This document shows, piece after piece, positions 1 through 10,369 of a stretch of 64,000 nt of DNA. Both the position numbers and the translations under genes were made by a program. Location of the stretch: positions 128,001 through 192,000 of the forward strand of contig DAHVQG010000003.1 of NCBI GenBank assembly GCA_027317865.1, written 5' to 3'. The first letter of the stretch is position 1. Every line of letters starts with the position of its first letter. This DNA comes from Bdellovibrionales bacterium (GTDB taxonomy: Bacteria > Bdellovibrionota > Bdellovibrionia > Bdellovibrionales > UBA1609). The notes beneath the pieces were generated by a model. It made no database searches and was not told the DNA's origin. It worked only from the letters and a program-made list of their open reading frames with translations.

Positions 1-254
1 CCGAAATAGTTGAACGATAAAAATATTGCGGCAATGATTAGTGCCAAAGGCGCGTTAGAAATGATCTTCTTGTAAGTTTGGGGCTTACGAATGACAAAGT
101 AGAGGTTCATAAGCGTGGCCGCGCACAGCATGCGAAACCATACAATCGTGCCGGGCGAAGCGAAATGAAGCGCGTACTTTAATATTATTGCAAGAACCGC
201 CCAGCAAAGAGCGGTCACAATCGCAAATGAAATTCCTTTAGAAAATGGGGTCAC
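1..254 (-). CDS. EamA/DMT family transporter, N-terminal part (runs off window start)
   Basis: Manual translation from GTG 254: MTPFSKGISFAIVTALCWAVLAIILKYALHFASPGTIVWFRMLCAA...; hydrophobic, with the EamA-like W...K...P..I...R pattern. Not in the ORF track. Confidence 0.75.
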   Translation of the reverse strand, partial: MTPFSKGISFAIVTALCWAVLAIILKYALHFASPGTIVWFRMLCAATLMNLYFVIRKPQTYKKIISNAPLALIIAAIFLSFNYF

Positions 255-273
255 AAAATGGCATTGACTTTCT

Positions 274-1155
274 TTATCTGCCCGACTGCAGGCGACGGAT
301 GCGAGCTTCAAGTGGTGGATGGGTTGCAAAAATCGCCATGAGTGGTGAGCGCGCGCGGCCGGCAATTTTTAGCGTCGACACCGTCTGACTTTTCGGATTT
401 ACAAGGGCTTGCATGCTTTCTAATGCCTGCAATGCCGAGATCATTTTGTCACGGCCGGCATATTTCGCGCTACCGGCATCGGCACGAAATTCACGACGAC
501 GTGAATAGGGAGCGATAACCAGAGCCGTTCCTAATAAGAATAGGACGTTCTCAAGTACGATCATGACGGCAAAACTCAAGAAAAACGAATTGCGTCGATT
601 GCCAAGAACCATATTGGTTACAATGTCGGCGACAAAGTAAACAACGGAATTGATCACGCCTTGCAGAAGAGTCATGGTCACCATGTCCCCGTTTGCAATG
701 TGCGTGATTTCGTGACCTAAAACGCCTTCGAGTTGGTCAACGTTCATGCGATTGAGTAACCCCGATGAAATTGCAATCATCGAGTTGTGTTTGGACGGGC
801 CCGTAGCAAACGCATTCACTTCTTGGCTCGGATAAATTCCGACTTCGGGCATTTTCGGCAATTGAGCGCGTTTGGCGAGGCTGTAGACGATATCAAGAAG
901 CCGTCGTAGCGATGGATCGTGGGTATTCGGGTCGATGACCTGTACGCCCAGCCGGCGTTTTGCGAACCATTTTGACAGAAGAAGAGAAATAAAAGCGCCG
1001 CCGAAACCAAAGAGAACGCAGTATGCGATGAGAAACGGATAACCTTGGGTGGGGATGTGAAAAACTGAGGCCAGAATGCTGAACACAATGCTGACCATGA
1101 AAAACACGAGAAAGTTCAGCGTAATAAAAAGAAATACTCGTTTTGCAATTGCCAT
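274..1155 (-). CDS. htpX: Membrane zinc protease HtpX (M48)
   Basis: NAFATG, HEITH zinc motif, NGDMVTMTL, SRRREFRAD and THPPLEARI motifs. Confidence 0.95.
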   Translation of the reverse strand: MAIAKRVFLFITLNFLVFFMVSIVFSILASVFHIPTQGYPFLIAYCVLFGFGGAFISLLLSKWFAKRRLGVQVIDPNTHDPSLRRLLDIVYSLAKRAQLPKMPEVGIYPSQEVNAFATGPSKHNSMIAISSGLLNRMNVDQLEGVLGHEITHIANGDMVTMTLLQGVINSVVYFVADIVTNMVLGNRRNSFFLSFAVMIVLENVLFLLGTALVIAPYSRRREFRADAGSAKYAGRDKMISALQALESMQALVNPKSQTVSTLKIAGRARSPLMAIFATHPPLEARIRRLQSGR

Positions 1156-1168
1156 AATTTTTTAGCTC

Positions 1169-3460
1169 CTATTTTTTCGCGCTTTCACTTTTAACGGCCT
1201 CAGTCTTAGTAAACGTCAGCTGATCGTCCTTAACGTCGACTAAAACCCGACCGCCTTTGGTGAGCGACCCGAACAGAATATCGTCAACCAGCGGTTTTTT
1301 CAAATGTTCGTCTACGGTTCGTGCAAAAGGGCGTGCGCCGTATTGCGGCTGGTGCCCCTTTTTAAATAGCCAGCGCACGGCTTCTGGCGAAACCGTAAGG
1401 TTGATCTTTTTCTTTTTAAGTTGGTCGGCGAGCTCAGCGATAAATTTTTCAACAACTCGAATGAGTAGCGGTTCATCGAGGCTGCCAAATTCAATAATGC
1501 CGTCGAGCCGATTTAAGAATTCAGGGCGAAATTGTTTTTTTATGGCGTCAAGTGAACGCGCTGAACTTCGCTCGGGAAGTACGCCCATCGCGCCTTTTGA
1601 GGCCTCGAACGCTCCCGCATTGCTAGTCATAATTAAAATTGCATGGGTAAAATCAGCCACTCGGCCGTTGTTATCGGTGAGCTTTCCGTTGTCCATAACT
1701 TGAAGTAAAATGTTGATCAGATCGGGGTGGGCTTTTTCGATTTCATCCATCAACACGACGGCGTGCGGGTGTTTATTGAGCGCTTCGGTCAATTGGCCGC
1801 CTTCTTCGTAGCCTACATATCCGGGGGGGGCGCCGACGAGACGAGACACCGCGTGTTTTTCCATGTACTCGCTCATATCGAAGCGCAGAAATTCAATACC
1901 TAAATTTTTTGCCAGTTGTTTGGCAAGTTCTGTTTTGCCGACGCCAGTGGGGCCAGCGAACAAAAATGAACCGATGGGTTTGTTTTCGCGACCCAAGCCG
2001 GTGCGTGCAAGCTTAATGGCCGATGCCATCTTTGTGACGGCGGCATCTTGACCAAAAATGACCGCTTTCAAGTCATCTTCAAGTGTTTTCATTCTTTCTT
2101 TGTCTGAAACGGTCACGCTTGCAACGGGAACTTGCGCCATTGACGAAACAACTTTTTCGACATCTTTTACCGAAACTGCCTGGCGATCATCAGACAATGA
2201 TTCGATTCGGATGCGCGCACCGACTTCGTCCATGACGTCAATGGCTTTATCGGGCAATTGCCGGCCGTTTATATATTTTGCCGACAATTCCGCTGCGGCT
2301 CGCAATGTCGCTTTTGAATAGCTGACATTGTGATGGTCTTCGTATTTGTGCTTTAAACCTTCAAGAATCTTGACCGTGTCTTCAACGCTCGGTTCGTGTA
2401 CGTCGATACGTTGAAATCGCCGTGCGAGGGCCCGGTCTTTTTCAAACGCATTTCGATACTCTTTATGGGTTGTCGAACCGATACAACTAATAGAGCCGTC
2501 AGCAAGCGCCGGTTTTAATAAATTCGAAGCATCCATAGCGCTACCGGTTGTGCCGCCCGCTCCGACGACGGTATGAATTTCGTCGATAAACAGAATTGCT
2601 TTCTTGCGCTTTTTTAAATCCGTTACGACGCCTTTAATGCGCTCCTCAAAATCGCCGCGAAATTTGGTGCCGGCGATCAACGCTCCCATATCGAGGGAGA
2701 AAATCTCCGCTTCACGCAGATTTTTGGGAACGTTACCATCAACAATTCGTTGTGCAAGCCCGTCGGCCAATGCCGTTTTGCCAACGCCGGCCTCGCCGAT
2801 GAATAAAGGATTATTTTTTGTTCTTCGGGCTAAAACCTGTATCGCGCGGCTAATGACGTCTTCACGGCCGATAAGAGGATCGGTTTTGCCCTGTTTGACC
2901 CGTTCGTTCAGATTTACGGTAAACGCTTCAAGCGGCGACTGCGTTTGCTGATTGGGAGAACCTTGCGCATTGCCGGTACCGTCATCCGGCGATTGAAGCG
3001 GCAAACCACTTCGGTTCGGAACGACTCCGTGTGAAATGTAGTTAATAATATCGAATTGTTGAACCCCGTATTTTTCGAGAAAGTAAACGGCGTGCGATTG
3101 ACGTTCGTTAAAAAGCGCAACCAGCACGTAACCGGTGGTCACTTCGCTTTTGCCGGCGCTTTGCACTTGGATGGCCGCGCGTTGCAAAAGTCGATGAAAC
3201 GCAATGGTAAGCTCGGGCTTCCAGGTCGGGAATTTTTGTATTACCGAATTATCGATCTTGGGGGCGTGTTGCGTTAAAAATGTTTCGAGTTCACCGCGTA
3301 ATCGAGGGATGTCCGCTCCGCAGTTGACAAGAATTTCATTCGCGTCTGGATTGTCAAGCAAAGCGAGCAGCACGTGTTCAAGACTCACAAATTCATGATG
3401 GTTCATGGCCGCGAGCCGTACCGCTTCGTTTAATGATTGTTCCAGCTTTGGATTGAGCAT
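1169..3460 (-). CDS. clpA: ATP-dependent Clp protease ATP-binding subunit ClpA
   Basis: Clp N-domain; two AAA+ modules (GEAGVGKT, GPTGVGKT); no ClpB middle domain; directly downstream of clpS. Confidence 0.95.
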   Translation of the reverse strand: MLNPKLEQSLNEAVRLAAMNHHEFVSLEHVLLALLDNPDANEILVNCGADIPRLRGELETFLTQHAPKIDNSVIQKFPTWKPELTIAFHRLLQRAAIQVQSAGKSEVTTGYVLVALFNERQSHAVYFLEKYGVQQFDIINYISHGVVPNRSGLPLQSPDDGTGNAQGSPNQQTQSPLEAFTVNLNERVKQGKTDPLIGREDVISRAIQVLARRTKNNPLFIGEAGVGKTALADGLAQRIVDGNVPKNLREAEIFSLDMGALIAGTKFRGDFEERIKGVVTDLKKRKKAILFIDEIHTVVGAGGTTGSAMDASNLLKPALADGSISCIGSTTHKEYRNAFEKDRALARRFQRIDVHEPSVEDTVKILEGLKHKYEDHHNVSYSKATLRAAAELSAKYINGRQLPDKAIDVMDEVGARIRIESLSDDRQAVSVKDVEKVVSSMAQVPVASVTVSDKERMKTLEDDLKAVIFGQDAAVTKMASAIKLARTGLGRENKPIGSFLFAGPTGVGKTELAKQLAKNLGIEFLRFDMSEYMEKHAVSRLVGAPPGYVGYEEGGQLTEALNKHPHAVVLMDEIEKAHPDLINILLQVMDNGKLTDNNGRVADFTHAILIMTSNAGAFEASKGAMGVLPERSSARSLDAIKKQFRPEFLNRLDGIIEFGSLDEPLLIRVVEKFIAELADQLKKKKINLTVSPEAVRWLFKKGHQPQYGARPFARTVDEHLKKPLVDDILFGSLTKGGRVLVDVKDDQLTFTKTEAVKSESAKK

Positions 3461-3476
3461 GTTGTTTTCGTGCTCC

Positions 3477-3821
3477 TTACGCTTTCTCCATCACGCATTT
3501 AAGCGGATGCTGATTTTTTCGCGCGTAATCGTTCACAATATACACCTTAGTTTCTGCAATTTCGTGACTGAATACTCCGGCGACGCCTGAACCTTGATGA
3601 TGAACCTGCAGCATAATTGTATTCGCCTCCTCGATGGTTTTGCTAAAAAACTTCTGCAAAACGTGGACCACAAAATCCATCGGCGTGAAATCATCGTTGA
3701 GCAAAACCACCTTGTAAAATGACGGTTCTTTCAGCTCCGGTTTCGGTTTGACGAGCGTTTGGGTACCACTGCGTCCATCGTTGCCTTCGTTATTATTGTC
3801 AGGAGTGGACTCGTCAGCCAC
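3477..3821 (-). CDS. clpS: Clp protease adaptor ClpS
   Basis: [17 protein letters not shown]...EIAETK...HPLKC; GTG start with GAGG SD. Confidence 0.96.
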   Translation of the reverse strand: MADESTPDNNNEGNDGRSGTQTLVKPKPELKEPSFYKVVLLNDDFTPMDFVVHVLQKFFSKTIEEANTIMLQVHHQGSGVAGVFSHEIAETKVYIVNDYARKNQHPLKCVMEKA

Positions 3822-3919
3822 GTCGACCTCGTTTAATTAAGAATTTGTGGCGAAAACAAAATTCGTCAAGTTGTCGCTGTTTCTAATTTTAACATAGACT
3901 ATGGCGGGGGAGATAGCAC

Positions 3920-4687
3920 TTAGCCGGGTTCGACGAGCGACTCTTTAACGACCTTCCAGACGCTTTCATTGAGACTGTCGGGGCTGATCACCAAAACGGG
4001 AATAGGGTCACTTTCGACCGACTTTTGCACAGTTGATGGCACGACGCCGTAGCCGCCAAATTCGTCGAACCATAGCTTTCGCAACGCGAGTGAGTTACTG
4101 ATAAAAGTCTTGGTGCCGGACTTACGTTTCTGCTGGCCGTATTCGAACGGACTCATGACGCAAAATTGCTTACTCGATTCAACAGTTTCAAGGGTTTGAA
4201 CGCCAAGCTCGAGAAAGTGGCGAAGTTTAGCACGTCCCGGCATGCGCGCGGTTAAAATTATGTCGAAGTCGCCATTTAAAAATTTGGCGTCGAGATCGTC
4301 TTGATCGATGACATCAAGTTGAACCGTTTTGGCCTTTGAGTGATCAAGTATTGCATGGGCCGCTTTGAGTGCGAGCGTACCTAGACCTTCAAGCGTCCCC
4401 ATGTGAATGTGCGGCGGAAACTGCTCCTCAAGAGCTTCACGTAGCGCACTTTCAAGCCGGCGTGAATTTTGGGAATAAACTTCGGCTAGTCGATACGCTG
4501 CCGGCGTCCACGCGGCTTTGCGGCGTGCACTTCGATCGAGAAGCGTCACCGAAAATTCTTTTTCTAGCTGACTGATCAGTCGCGACAACTGCGGTTGGCT
4601 GAGTCCGACATGCGCGCTCGCTCCCGTAAGATTTTTGTAAGCGATCGAACGCGTGAGAACCGAAAGTGGCCAGTGAAGTGTATCCAT
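3920..4687 (-). CDS. LysR-type transcriptional regulator
   Basis: HTH 'LTGASAHVGLSQPQLSRLISQLEKEF...LLDR'; start taken at MDTLHW (ORF open to 4768). Confidence 0.8.
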   Translation of the reverse strand: MDTLHWPLSVLTRSIAYKNLTGASAHVGLSQPQLSRLISQLEKEFSVTLLDRSARRKAAWTPAAYRLAEVYSQNSRRLESALREALEEQFPPHIHMGTLEGLGTLALKAAHAILDHSKAKTVQLDVIDQDDLDAKFLNGDFDIILTARMPGRAKLRHFLELGVQTLETVESSKQFCVMSPFEYGQQKRKSGTKTFISNSLALRKLWFDEFGGYGVVPSTVQKSVESDPIPVLVISPDSLNESVWKVVKESLVEPG

Positions 4688-4943
4688 TGGGGAGTGAATT
4701 AACTCGCCAGCCGCCAAATATTCAAGAAGATTTTTGCGATTTGTTGTGGCGACCGGCAAATGATGCACAATATGAGCTAAGCTTGTTTTGCTGAGAACAT
4801 TCGAATCCGAAGTTGAGGCGCGGGTGGTAGAATCGTTTTTACTAGCGGCGGGGATTGATGGGCACCCGTTGCAAAGAGTTCAAACGCAGTGACATAAAAA
4901 GGCATTCATTGGTATGGCGGATTGAACTCGGACGTTTTAATGC

Positions 4944-4959
4944 TGGCTTTTGATTTGCA
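4944..4959 (+). promoter_or_regulatory. Putative sigma54 (-24/-12) promoter
   Basis: TGGCTTTTGATTTGCA, GG-N10-GC, just upstream of ATG 4972. Confidence 0.5.
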
Positions 4960-4971
4960 TTTAGTCGGCTG

Positions 4972-5715
4972 ATGCGCCTTTTGACCGTCATGATTTTGTT
5001 ACTGAGTTTTGCCAGTGCCGCCTTTGCCGATTCGAGCGCGTCACCGATAACCCGTGCTCAAATCGCCCGTCAATGTTTCGGGCGCGCTTTGATTCAAACG
5101 GTTGCATCTGGTAGCGGCATCGGCGATCACAATTGCCCGACGACTTATCTCAGCGCGGGTGATTTTGTCCGAATATTGTCGAGCGAGTTTAAATACGGTT
5201 TCGCCACAGACGAGACACGGCAAACGGTGCGTGATTCGTTGGCCGACGTTCACGTGATATTGGCTCAGCCGTTAGAAACGAACCTTTTAAAAATCTCGCA
5301 ACTTCTCGACTTGCAGGGTCGCCTTGCCGCACGATCTGACCTTGCGGCCAGCAATCAGCAGGCGATGTTTCGCCTTGATCGCGCCATCCGGTATTTGGTG
5401 CGCAAGATTTACCGGCAAATTCGCTATCACGAATTGTTGATTCTCGCCGATCGTAACCCTGGCCGCTATCTGCAGCTTATTCAACGCTATTCGCGTCAAC
5501 TCATTAATGACGACGTTGCTCTGGCACGGTACCCCTTAACCGCAGAAATTCTGAGATTGACGGCAAAGCGGGGGCACTACTTGCAAATCATCATGCATAT
5601 CATGCGGGCGAATAGCCGAATACTTAAATCGAACTCCCGCAGACGGCGAGCTTGCGCCGACATTTTGCAAGAACTAATGCCGGCTTCTGCGAGTTCGCGA
5701 GTCAGCCGGCTATAG
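4972..5715 (+). CDS. Secreted hypothetical protein with C-terminal CADIL motif
   Basis: Signal peptide MRLLTVMILLLSFASAAFA; no recognised domain. Confidence 0.75.
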   Translation: MRLLTVMILLLSFASAAFADSSASPITRAQIARQCFGRALIQTVASGSGIGDHNCPTTYLSAGDFVRILSSEFKYGFATDETRQTVRDSLADVHVILAQPLETNLLKISQLLDLQGRLAARSDLAASNQQAMFRLDRAIRYLVRKIYRQIRYHELLILADRNPGRYLQLIQRYSRQLINDDVALARYPLTAEILRLTAKRGHYLQIIMHIMRANSRILKSNSRRRRACADILQELMPASASSRVSRL

Positions 5716-5744
5716 ACAAATTCATGATTGGCGCGGTCGACTTT

Positions 5745-6506
5745 TTAACGCACAAATTCTAACAGTTGTGTGGCAAGCCATTTCGGATCATCTAACGGTA
5801 AATCATGACCGGCGGTCGAGTGAAATTTCATCTGTGCAATCGAACCCAGTCGCTCCCCAATGGCTTTGGAACAGCGCGAATCAACAATGCGATCTTTTAA
5901 CGAAGTCACGATAAGCGTTGGAATTTCAATTTTACCTGGGCATTTAAATCGTGCTGCGGCTGCAAGTTGCCGGGCGAGGCTTGCCCGATCGAGTGGATGG
6001 GTTTGCGCAATGGAAGTAAGTCGATGCAAAACTTTTTTATCGCGGCTTTTCGAGTTGGATATTAAGCGCAGAATTTCTCGTTCACGCGCACTGACAGTCG
6101 GCGCGGAAATCGCGCGTCCGACGCGATAAAATGCAGACAACGAAAATCGTTGAAGCCACGTCGCCAGGTCGCGTGCGCTCGTGTTGATAATGACGAGTTT
6201 TTCGAAATCATCCGGATAGCGATGGGCCCAATCGAGCGCCACCATTCCGCCAAGTGAGAGACCGACGAGTGTCCAACGGTGTTTGCGCTGTTTCTTGGGC
6301 GAAGTACTTTCTTGGAGTGATTTAAACTCAGCACGTAAAAAATCGGTATGGCGGTGAATTGTAAATGGCGGATCGACATGTGCAAACTGGCCAAAGCCGG
6401 GTAGATCGAGACACTCCACAATGTTTTGATTTGCCTTTAGCCGGTCCGGAAAGTTCAGCCAATGTTCGCGTACCCTCCCGAGCCCGCGCAAAAGAAGCCA
6501 ATTCAT
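5745..6506 (-). CDS. Alpha/beta hydrolase
   Basis: DLPGFG, nucleophile elbow GLSLGG, D..V and GHD catalytic residues. Confidence 0.9.
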   Translation of the reverse strand: MNWLLLRGLGRVREHWLNFPDRLKANQNIVECLDLPGFGQFAHVDPPFTIHRHTDFLRAEFKSLQESTSPKKQRKHRWTLVGLSLGGMVALDWAHRYPDDFEKLVIINTSARDLATWLQRFSLSAFYRVGRAISAPTVSAREREILRLISNSKSRDKKVLHRLTSIAQTHPLDRASLARQLAAAARFKCPGKIEIPTLIVTSLKDRIVDSRCSKAIGERLGSIAQMKFHSTAGHDLPLDDPKWLATQLLEFVR

Positions 6507-7543
6507 TGGACAGCCTTTTCGATGACGCCGGTTTCGCCGTTCTTACACCAATTTTTATGATGCAGCGTCAACTGGCGCATAAGATCGAGTAATGGGCGAT
6601 GCCGCCTCATGATGCGCTTATATCGGTGCGGTAAAATGGGATTGAAAATTCCACCGCGAAAAAATAATTGCTTTGGATTTTTCTTAAGCCAAGTCCACGA
6701 TCCCATTTCAAGACACCACGGAATAAAAATTGAATGATTTTTCATTTTAATATGTTCATCAAAAATATAATCCCAAGGGTCGCCATTAATCAAATAGCTG
6801 GCGCTTTGCGGTTCGACAACATAAACGTGAAACGGATGGGCGGATTGCAAAGTGCTGCGAAATTTTTCGACAACGTCGAGATGCGGAAATTTCTCCGTGC
6901 GGCTACGAGAATATGGCCACCACAAGTGATCGCGCGCGCCAAATCCGGAGTGCACGTCGAGGGCGAGTGAAAACTCAGACTTAAGCATTTCATCTTTAAC
7001 AAATTGAATCAGTGTTTGAGTTTCAATCTCCATTGGGGCACCGAGTGGCCCGCGGTACCAAGGTAAACGTCGGCTAATGCGATGGCCCGATACGATGGGG
7101 TGCAACTGCGACAAATCTTCACCGCTCACGTCAACGGGCGCGTTTCTCATGACATCGACGCCGTTTGGGTTTGCGCGTGAACCGAGGTACATCCCGCCAG
7201 GGTTGATGATCGGTACTGATACAAGACGCATTTTCTGAAAAGTTTCGCGCAAGGTCTCATCCCAACGCAATTGTTCGATAAGCGGTGACAAATAATTGAG
7301 AACGACGTGCGTACCGACGCGTTCAAGACCGTGAACTCCGCCGAATAAACCAAATGTGGGCAAGCTTTTATCGTCGGGCCCTAGGATCAACCCATGGATG
7401 GGCAATGTTTGACCGCCTACTCGCACCTCGTTCAATATGCGAATTTTGGCGAGCCCCATGCTTTGCGACGACGACAGGCCCTCCCATTTATGAAGAAGAG
7501 AGCTTAAGTTTTGAATTTCTGTCCAATTGCCCGAGCGTTTCAT
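6503..7543 (-). CDS. M14 family zinc carboxypeptidase (DUF2817-like)
   Basis: GGVHGLE (HxxE), NPGG, RANPNGVDVMRN, DVHSG motifs. Confidence 0.85.
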   Translation of the reverse strand: MKRSGNWTEIQNLSSLLHKWEGLSSSQSMGLAKIRILNEVRVGGQTLPIHGLILGPDDKSLPTFGLFGGVHGLERVGTHVVLNYLSPLIEQLRWDETLRETFQKMRLVSVPIINPGGMYLGSRANPNGVDVMRNAPVDVSGEDLSQLHPIVSGHRISRRLPWYRGPLGAPMEIETQTLIQFVKDEMLKSEFSLALDVHSGFGARDHLWWPYSRSRTEKFPHLDVVEKFRSTLQSAHPFHVYVVEPQSASYLINGDPWDYIFDEHIKMKNHSIFIPWCLEMGSWTWLKKNPKQLFFRGGIFNPILPHRYKRIMRRHRPLLDLMRQLTLHHKNWCKNGETGVIEKAVQ

Positions 7544-7850
7544 GTTCGCTCCCTAGCACCATTAACTTTTCGAGCTGAGTGTAAACGATTTGCGGCGCGA
7601 TGGCACTGCAGCGCGTGCCGAATCTTTCGACAATCAAACATGGATTACTCATAGCGTTGAGTATCAGAAGTTCTACATCGCGTTTCATTTTGCGCCAAAA
7701 CACCGGACGTGACGTCGGTCGAGTTAGGTTTTTACAGGTCAAGTTGAGAAAAACCCCGGCCGATTGTCGAGTTAAATAGTTTAGGAAATAGTCAGCGAAT
7801 AAAGTTTCAACAGTTCGGCGAAAATTCCGAGCGCACATTTCATCTTGCGT

Positions 7851-7866
7851 TGGCATGGTGGGTGCA
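7851..7866 (+). promoter_or_regulatory. Putative sigma54 promoter overlapping a TGGCATG/CATGCCA inverted repeat
   Basis: TGGCATGGTGGGTGCA (GG-N10-GC), 47 nt upstream of ATG 7913. Confidence 0.45.
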
Positions 7867-7912
7867 ATTGCATGCCATTGGATAATAAAAACCGTTTACG
7901 TGTGGGGGAATT

Positions 7913-8611
7913 ATGAAACGGAATCAAATATTGACGATCATTGCGGGGACAGCGATGGCGTTCACAGTTGGATGTAGCAAAATGCAGTCCGGCGGTACGG
8001 CCGGCGCGGTAACCAATGCTTCAACCGCAAGTTCAGCCACCGCGACAAATTTAGTAAATCAAACAAACCAGGATATCGCCACTTTTAACCAGCAAAATAC
8101 AGCCCTTATGGCGCAAGTTAATAATTTAAACACCCAACTCAATTCCATTAACTTGCCGTTTTTAGAAACCGGCGGTTCGACGACGGGAGTTGTCGCGGCT
8201 GCACAAACAACAGCGGGTTCAGCGGCGCGGGTTCGCAGTTTGCAATCGTTTATCACGAATATCTTAAACGGTGCCTATACTGGAATTTCAAAGGTTTATA
8301 CGCAAATCAATAATTTGCAGCAAAAGATCGAAAACCGAATTGCCCAGCTTAATTTAAACGATCCTGCACAATTGGCTGCAGCAACAGCTTTAGAAGCATC
8401 ACTCACTTACCTGGCGCAAGCACGAACCAAACTGAATACGTTGGTCGGACAACTCGTCACAAAAGTTCAAGGTCTGACGGCGAGTCTTGACGCCAAGCTC
8501 GCGAGTTTAAATCAGTCCAATCCGCTCACTTGGGTCGCCGAAGTTTACTGGGCGCAACTCAAACCGCTCTTTGTCAACTTCGAGAATCAATTGACTGCGC
8601 TGACTCAATAA
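7913..8611 (+). CDS. Predicted helical/coiled-coil lipoprotein, Gln/Asn/Thr-rich
   Basis: Lipobox FTVGC; heptad-like repeats; GGGGGA SD. Confidence 0.75.
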   Translation: MKRNQILTIIAGTAMAFTVGCSKMQSGGTAGAVTNASTASSATATNLVNQTNQDIATFNQQNTALMAQVNNLNTQLNSINLPFLETGGSTTGVVAAAQTTAGSAARVRSLQSFITNILNGAYTGISKVYTQINNLQQKIENRIAQLNLNDPAQLAAATALEASLTYLAQARTKLNTLVGQLVTKVQGLTASLDAKLASLNQSNPLTWVAEVYWAQLKPLFVNFENQLTALTQ

Positions 8612-8674
8612 TGAGCGGTCGCTCACCGCGAGTTAGCTCTTGCTGTCGAGTGAGACAGCGCCTACCATAGCCAC

Positions 8675-9622
8675 ATGAGATCTCTCATGTGGCAGCCATT
8701 AAAAAAGGGTGACCTGGTGGACGTCGTGGCACCAGGTTTTCGCATTTCTGAAGAGCGCTTGCACGGAGCCGTGCGATTTTTACATGAAATTGGGCTCCAG
8801 GCTCGGGTACCTCGCGATATTTTCGGCGAAGATATCGTTTGCGGGCAAACAGATAAGATTCGTTTGGCACACCTTAAATCGGCGATTCTTGCAAAAGATT
8901 CGCGTGCTATTTGGTGTTTGCGCGGCGGTTATGGCGCGATCCGATTAATCGATGCGGTAGCTAAGATCAAAAGACCCGCTCAGCCCAAACTTTTTATTGG
9001 ATATAGCGATGCCGTGACCCTCCACAATTTTTTCAACCAATTTTGGAAGTGGCCGACGCTTCACGGGCCGTTGCTCGATCGCCTCGGGCAACACACGCTA
9101 CCCGAAGATGAAGTCAGCGAACTGGTTAATCTTATATTTGGTCGCAATAAAGTGATAATTCATAAAAATCTGCTGCCTCTCAACCCGCCGGCACGGGCAC
9201 GAAACGTGCGGGCGCGAGCTTTGACGGGCACGGTTTATGGCGGCAATCTGACTGTTGTGCAGTCGTTTTTGGGTACGAGACACGCCAAAATTCCACAAAA
9301 CGCGATTTTGTTTTTCGAAGACGTTGGGGAGCGGGGCTATCGTGTTGACCGCGCACTTGTGCAATTGCGTCAGGCGGGATATTTCGCCCGTACTAAAGCA
9401 GTTGTGTTTGGGCAATTTACCGAGTCGGCTGAAAGATCCGGTGAAGATCGCGTGCCAGGGGTGCTCCAGCGATTTGCCGAAGAAATGAAATTTCCGGTAT
9501 TTAACAACTTGCAAGCGGGCCACGGCGATAAGCAAAGAACCGTTCCGTTTGGCACAACGGCGCGAATTGTTAGCAATGAACAATCGTATGAATTGCAGAT
9601 TCAAGCGGGTTTTCACGTCTGA
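8675..9622 (+). CDS. ldcA: LD-carboxypeptidase (S66)
   Basis: RGGYG, IGYSD (Ser), HGP, GGNL, EDVGE (Glu), GHG (His). Confidence 0.9.
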   Translation: MRSLMWQPLKKGDLVDVVAPGFRISEERLHGAVRFLHEIGLQARVPRDIFGEDIVCGQTDKIRLAHLKSAILAKDSRAIWCLRGGYGAIRLIDAVAKIKRPAQPKLFIGYSDAVTLHNFFNQFWKWPTLHGPLLDRLGQHTLPEDEVSELVNLIFGRNKVIIHKNLLPLNPPARARNVRARALTGTVYGGNLTVVQSFLGTRHAKIPQNAILFFEDVGERGYRVDRALVQLRQAGYFARTKAVVFGQFTESAERSGEDRVPGVLQRFAEEMKFPVFNNLQAGHGDKQRTVPFGTTARIVSNEQSYELQIQAGFHV

Positions 9623-9642
9623 CGAGCGATATGGGGTAAAAG

Positions 9643-10281
9643 ATGGTAGTGAATTCTAAATTCATAAGCCCGAATTTTACGGCTCAAGTCATTCCGACTG
9701 AATTTATCGTACTCCATTACACGGCCTGCAGTTTAAAGAGTACGCTCGATATTTTTCTAAATAGAGAGAAAAAAGTTTGCGCTCACTTTGTCATCGATAC
9801 TGACGGCTGCGTTTATGACCTTGGTGGATTTTTAGATGGACCGATACTTCGTGGTGCGCACGCCGGTAAAAGTCATTTCGAATGGCACGGTATGAAATAC
9901 GTCGATTTCAATCAGTTTTCGATTGGCGTCGAAATGATCAATCTCAACGGCAATCTGAATAGATATACTGAGGAACAATACATCGCTCTGGGGGAGTTGG
10001 TCCGCCATCTGCAGAGGCGCTTTCCGATTTTGGCGGACTCCAGCCGCATTGTTGGCCATGAACACATCGCCCACTGGCGTGGTAAGGCTGATCCGGGAGT
10101 TCTCTTCGACTGGAGCCGTTTCTTATCTTCCGTGGGATTGAAACCGTGCGAATTTCACTCGTTTTATGCCTGCCAAAACGAAGATTTAAAATGGTTGAAG
10201 AGCCAGGGGAAAATTCAAAATTGGTCCAAGTTGAGTCTCGAGCTTGAAACTCGCATCGGGCAACGCAACCTTCGCGATTGA
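9643..10281 (+). CDS. N-acetylmuramoyl-L-alanine amidase (Amidase_2, AmpD-like)
   Basis: IVLHYT, AHF, HAGKS, SIGVE, VGHEHIA..KADPG..FDW motifs. Confidence 0.9.
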   Translation: MVVNSKFISPNFTAQVIPTEFIVLHYTACSLKSTLDIFLNREKKVCAHFVIDTDGCVYDLGGFLDGPILRGAHAGKSHFEWHGMKYVDFNQFSIGVEMINLNGNLNRYTEEQYIALGELVRHLQRRFPILADSSRIVGHEHIAHWRGKADPGVLFDWSRFLSSVGLKPCEFHSFYACQNEDLKWLKSQGKIQNWSKLSLELETRIGQRNLRD

Positions 10282-10369
10282 TGTCTACAGTTTAGTCAAT
10301 TTTTGAAAGTTATATCAGGGCCTATCGCCCGACTGGAGAATTTCATCAACCTGTGGAATAACTTTGTTC

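Noticed and set aside
240-264. ATG at 264 as the start of the EamA gene
   Set aside because: It hits TAA after 8 codons; the open frame starts at GTG 254.
7488-7856. 122-aa minus ORF in the gap before lipoprotein 7913
   Set aside because: No recognisable motif; it overlaps the M14 start and the sigma54-like site; more likely regulatory DNA.
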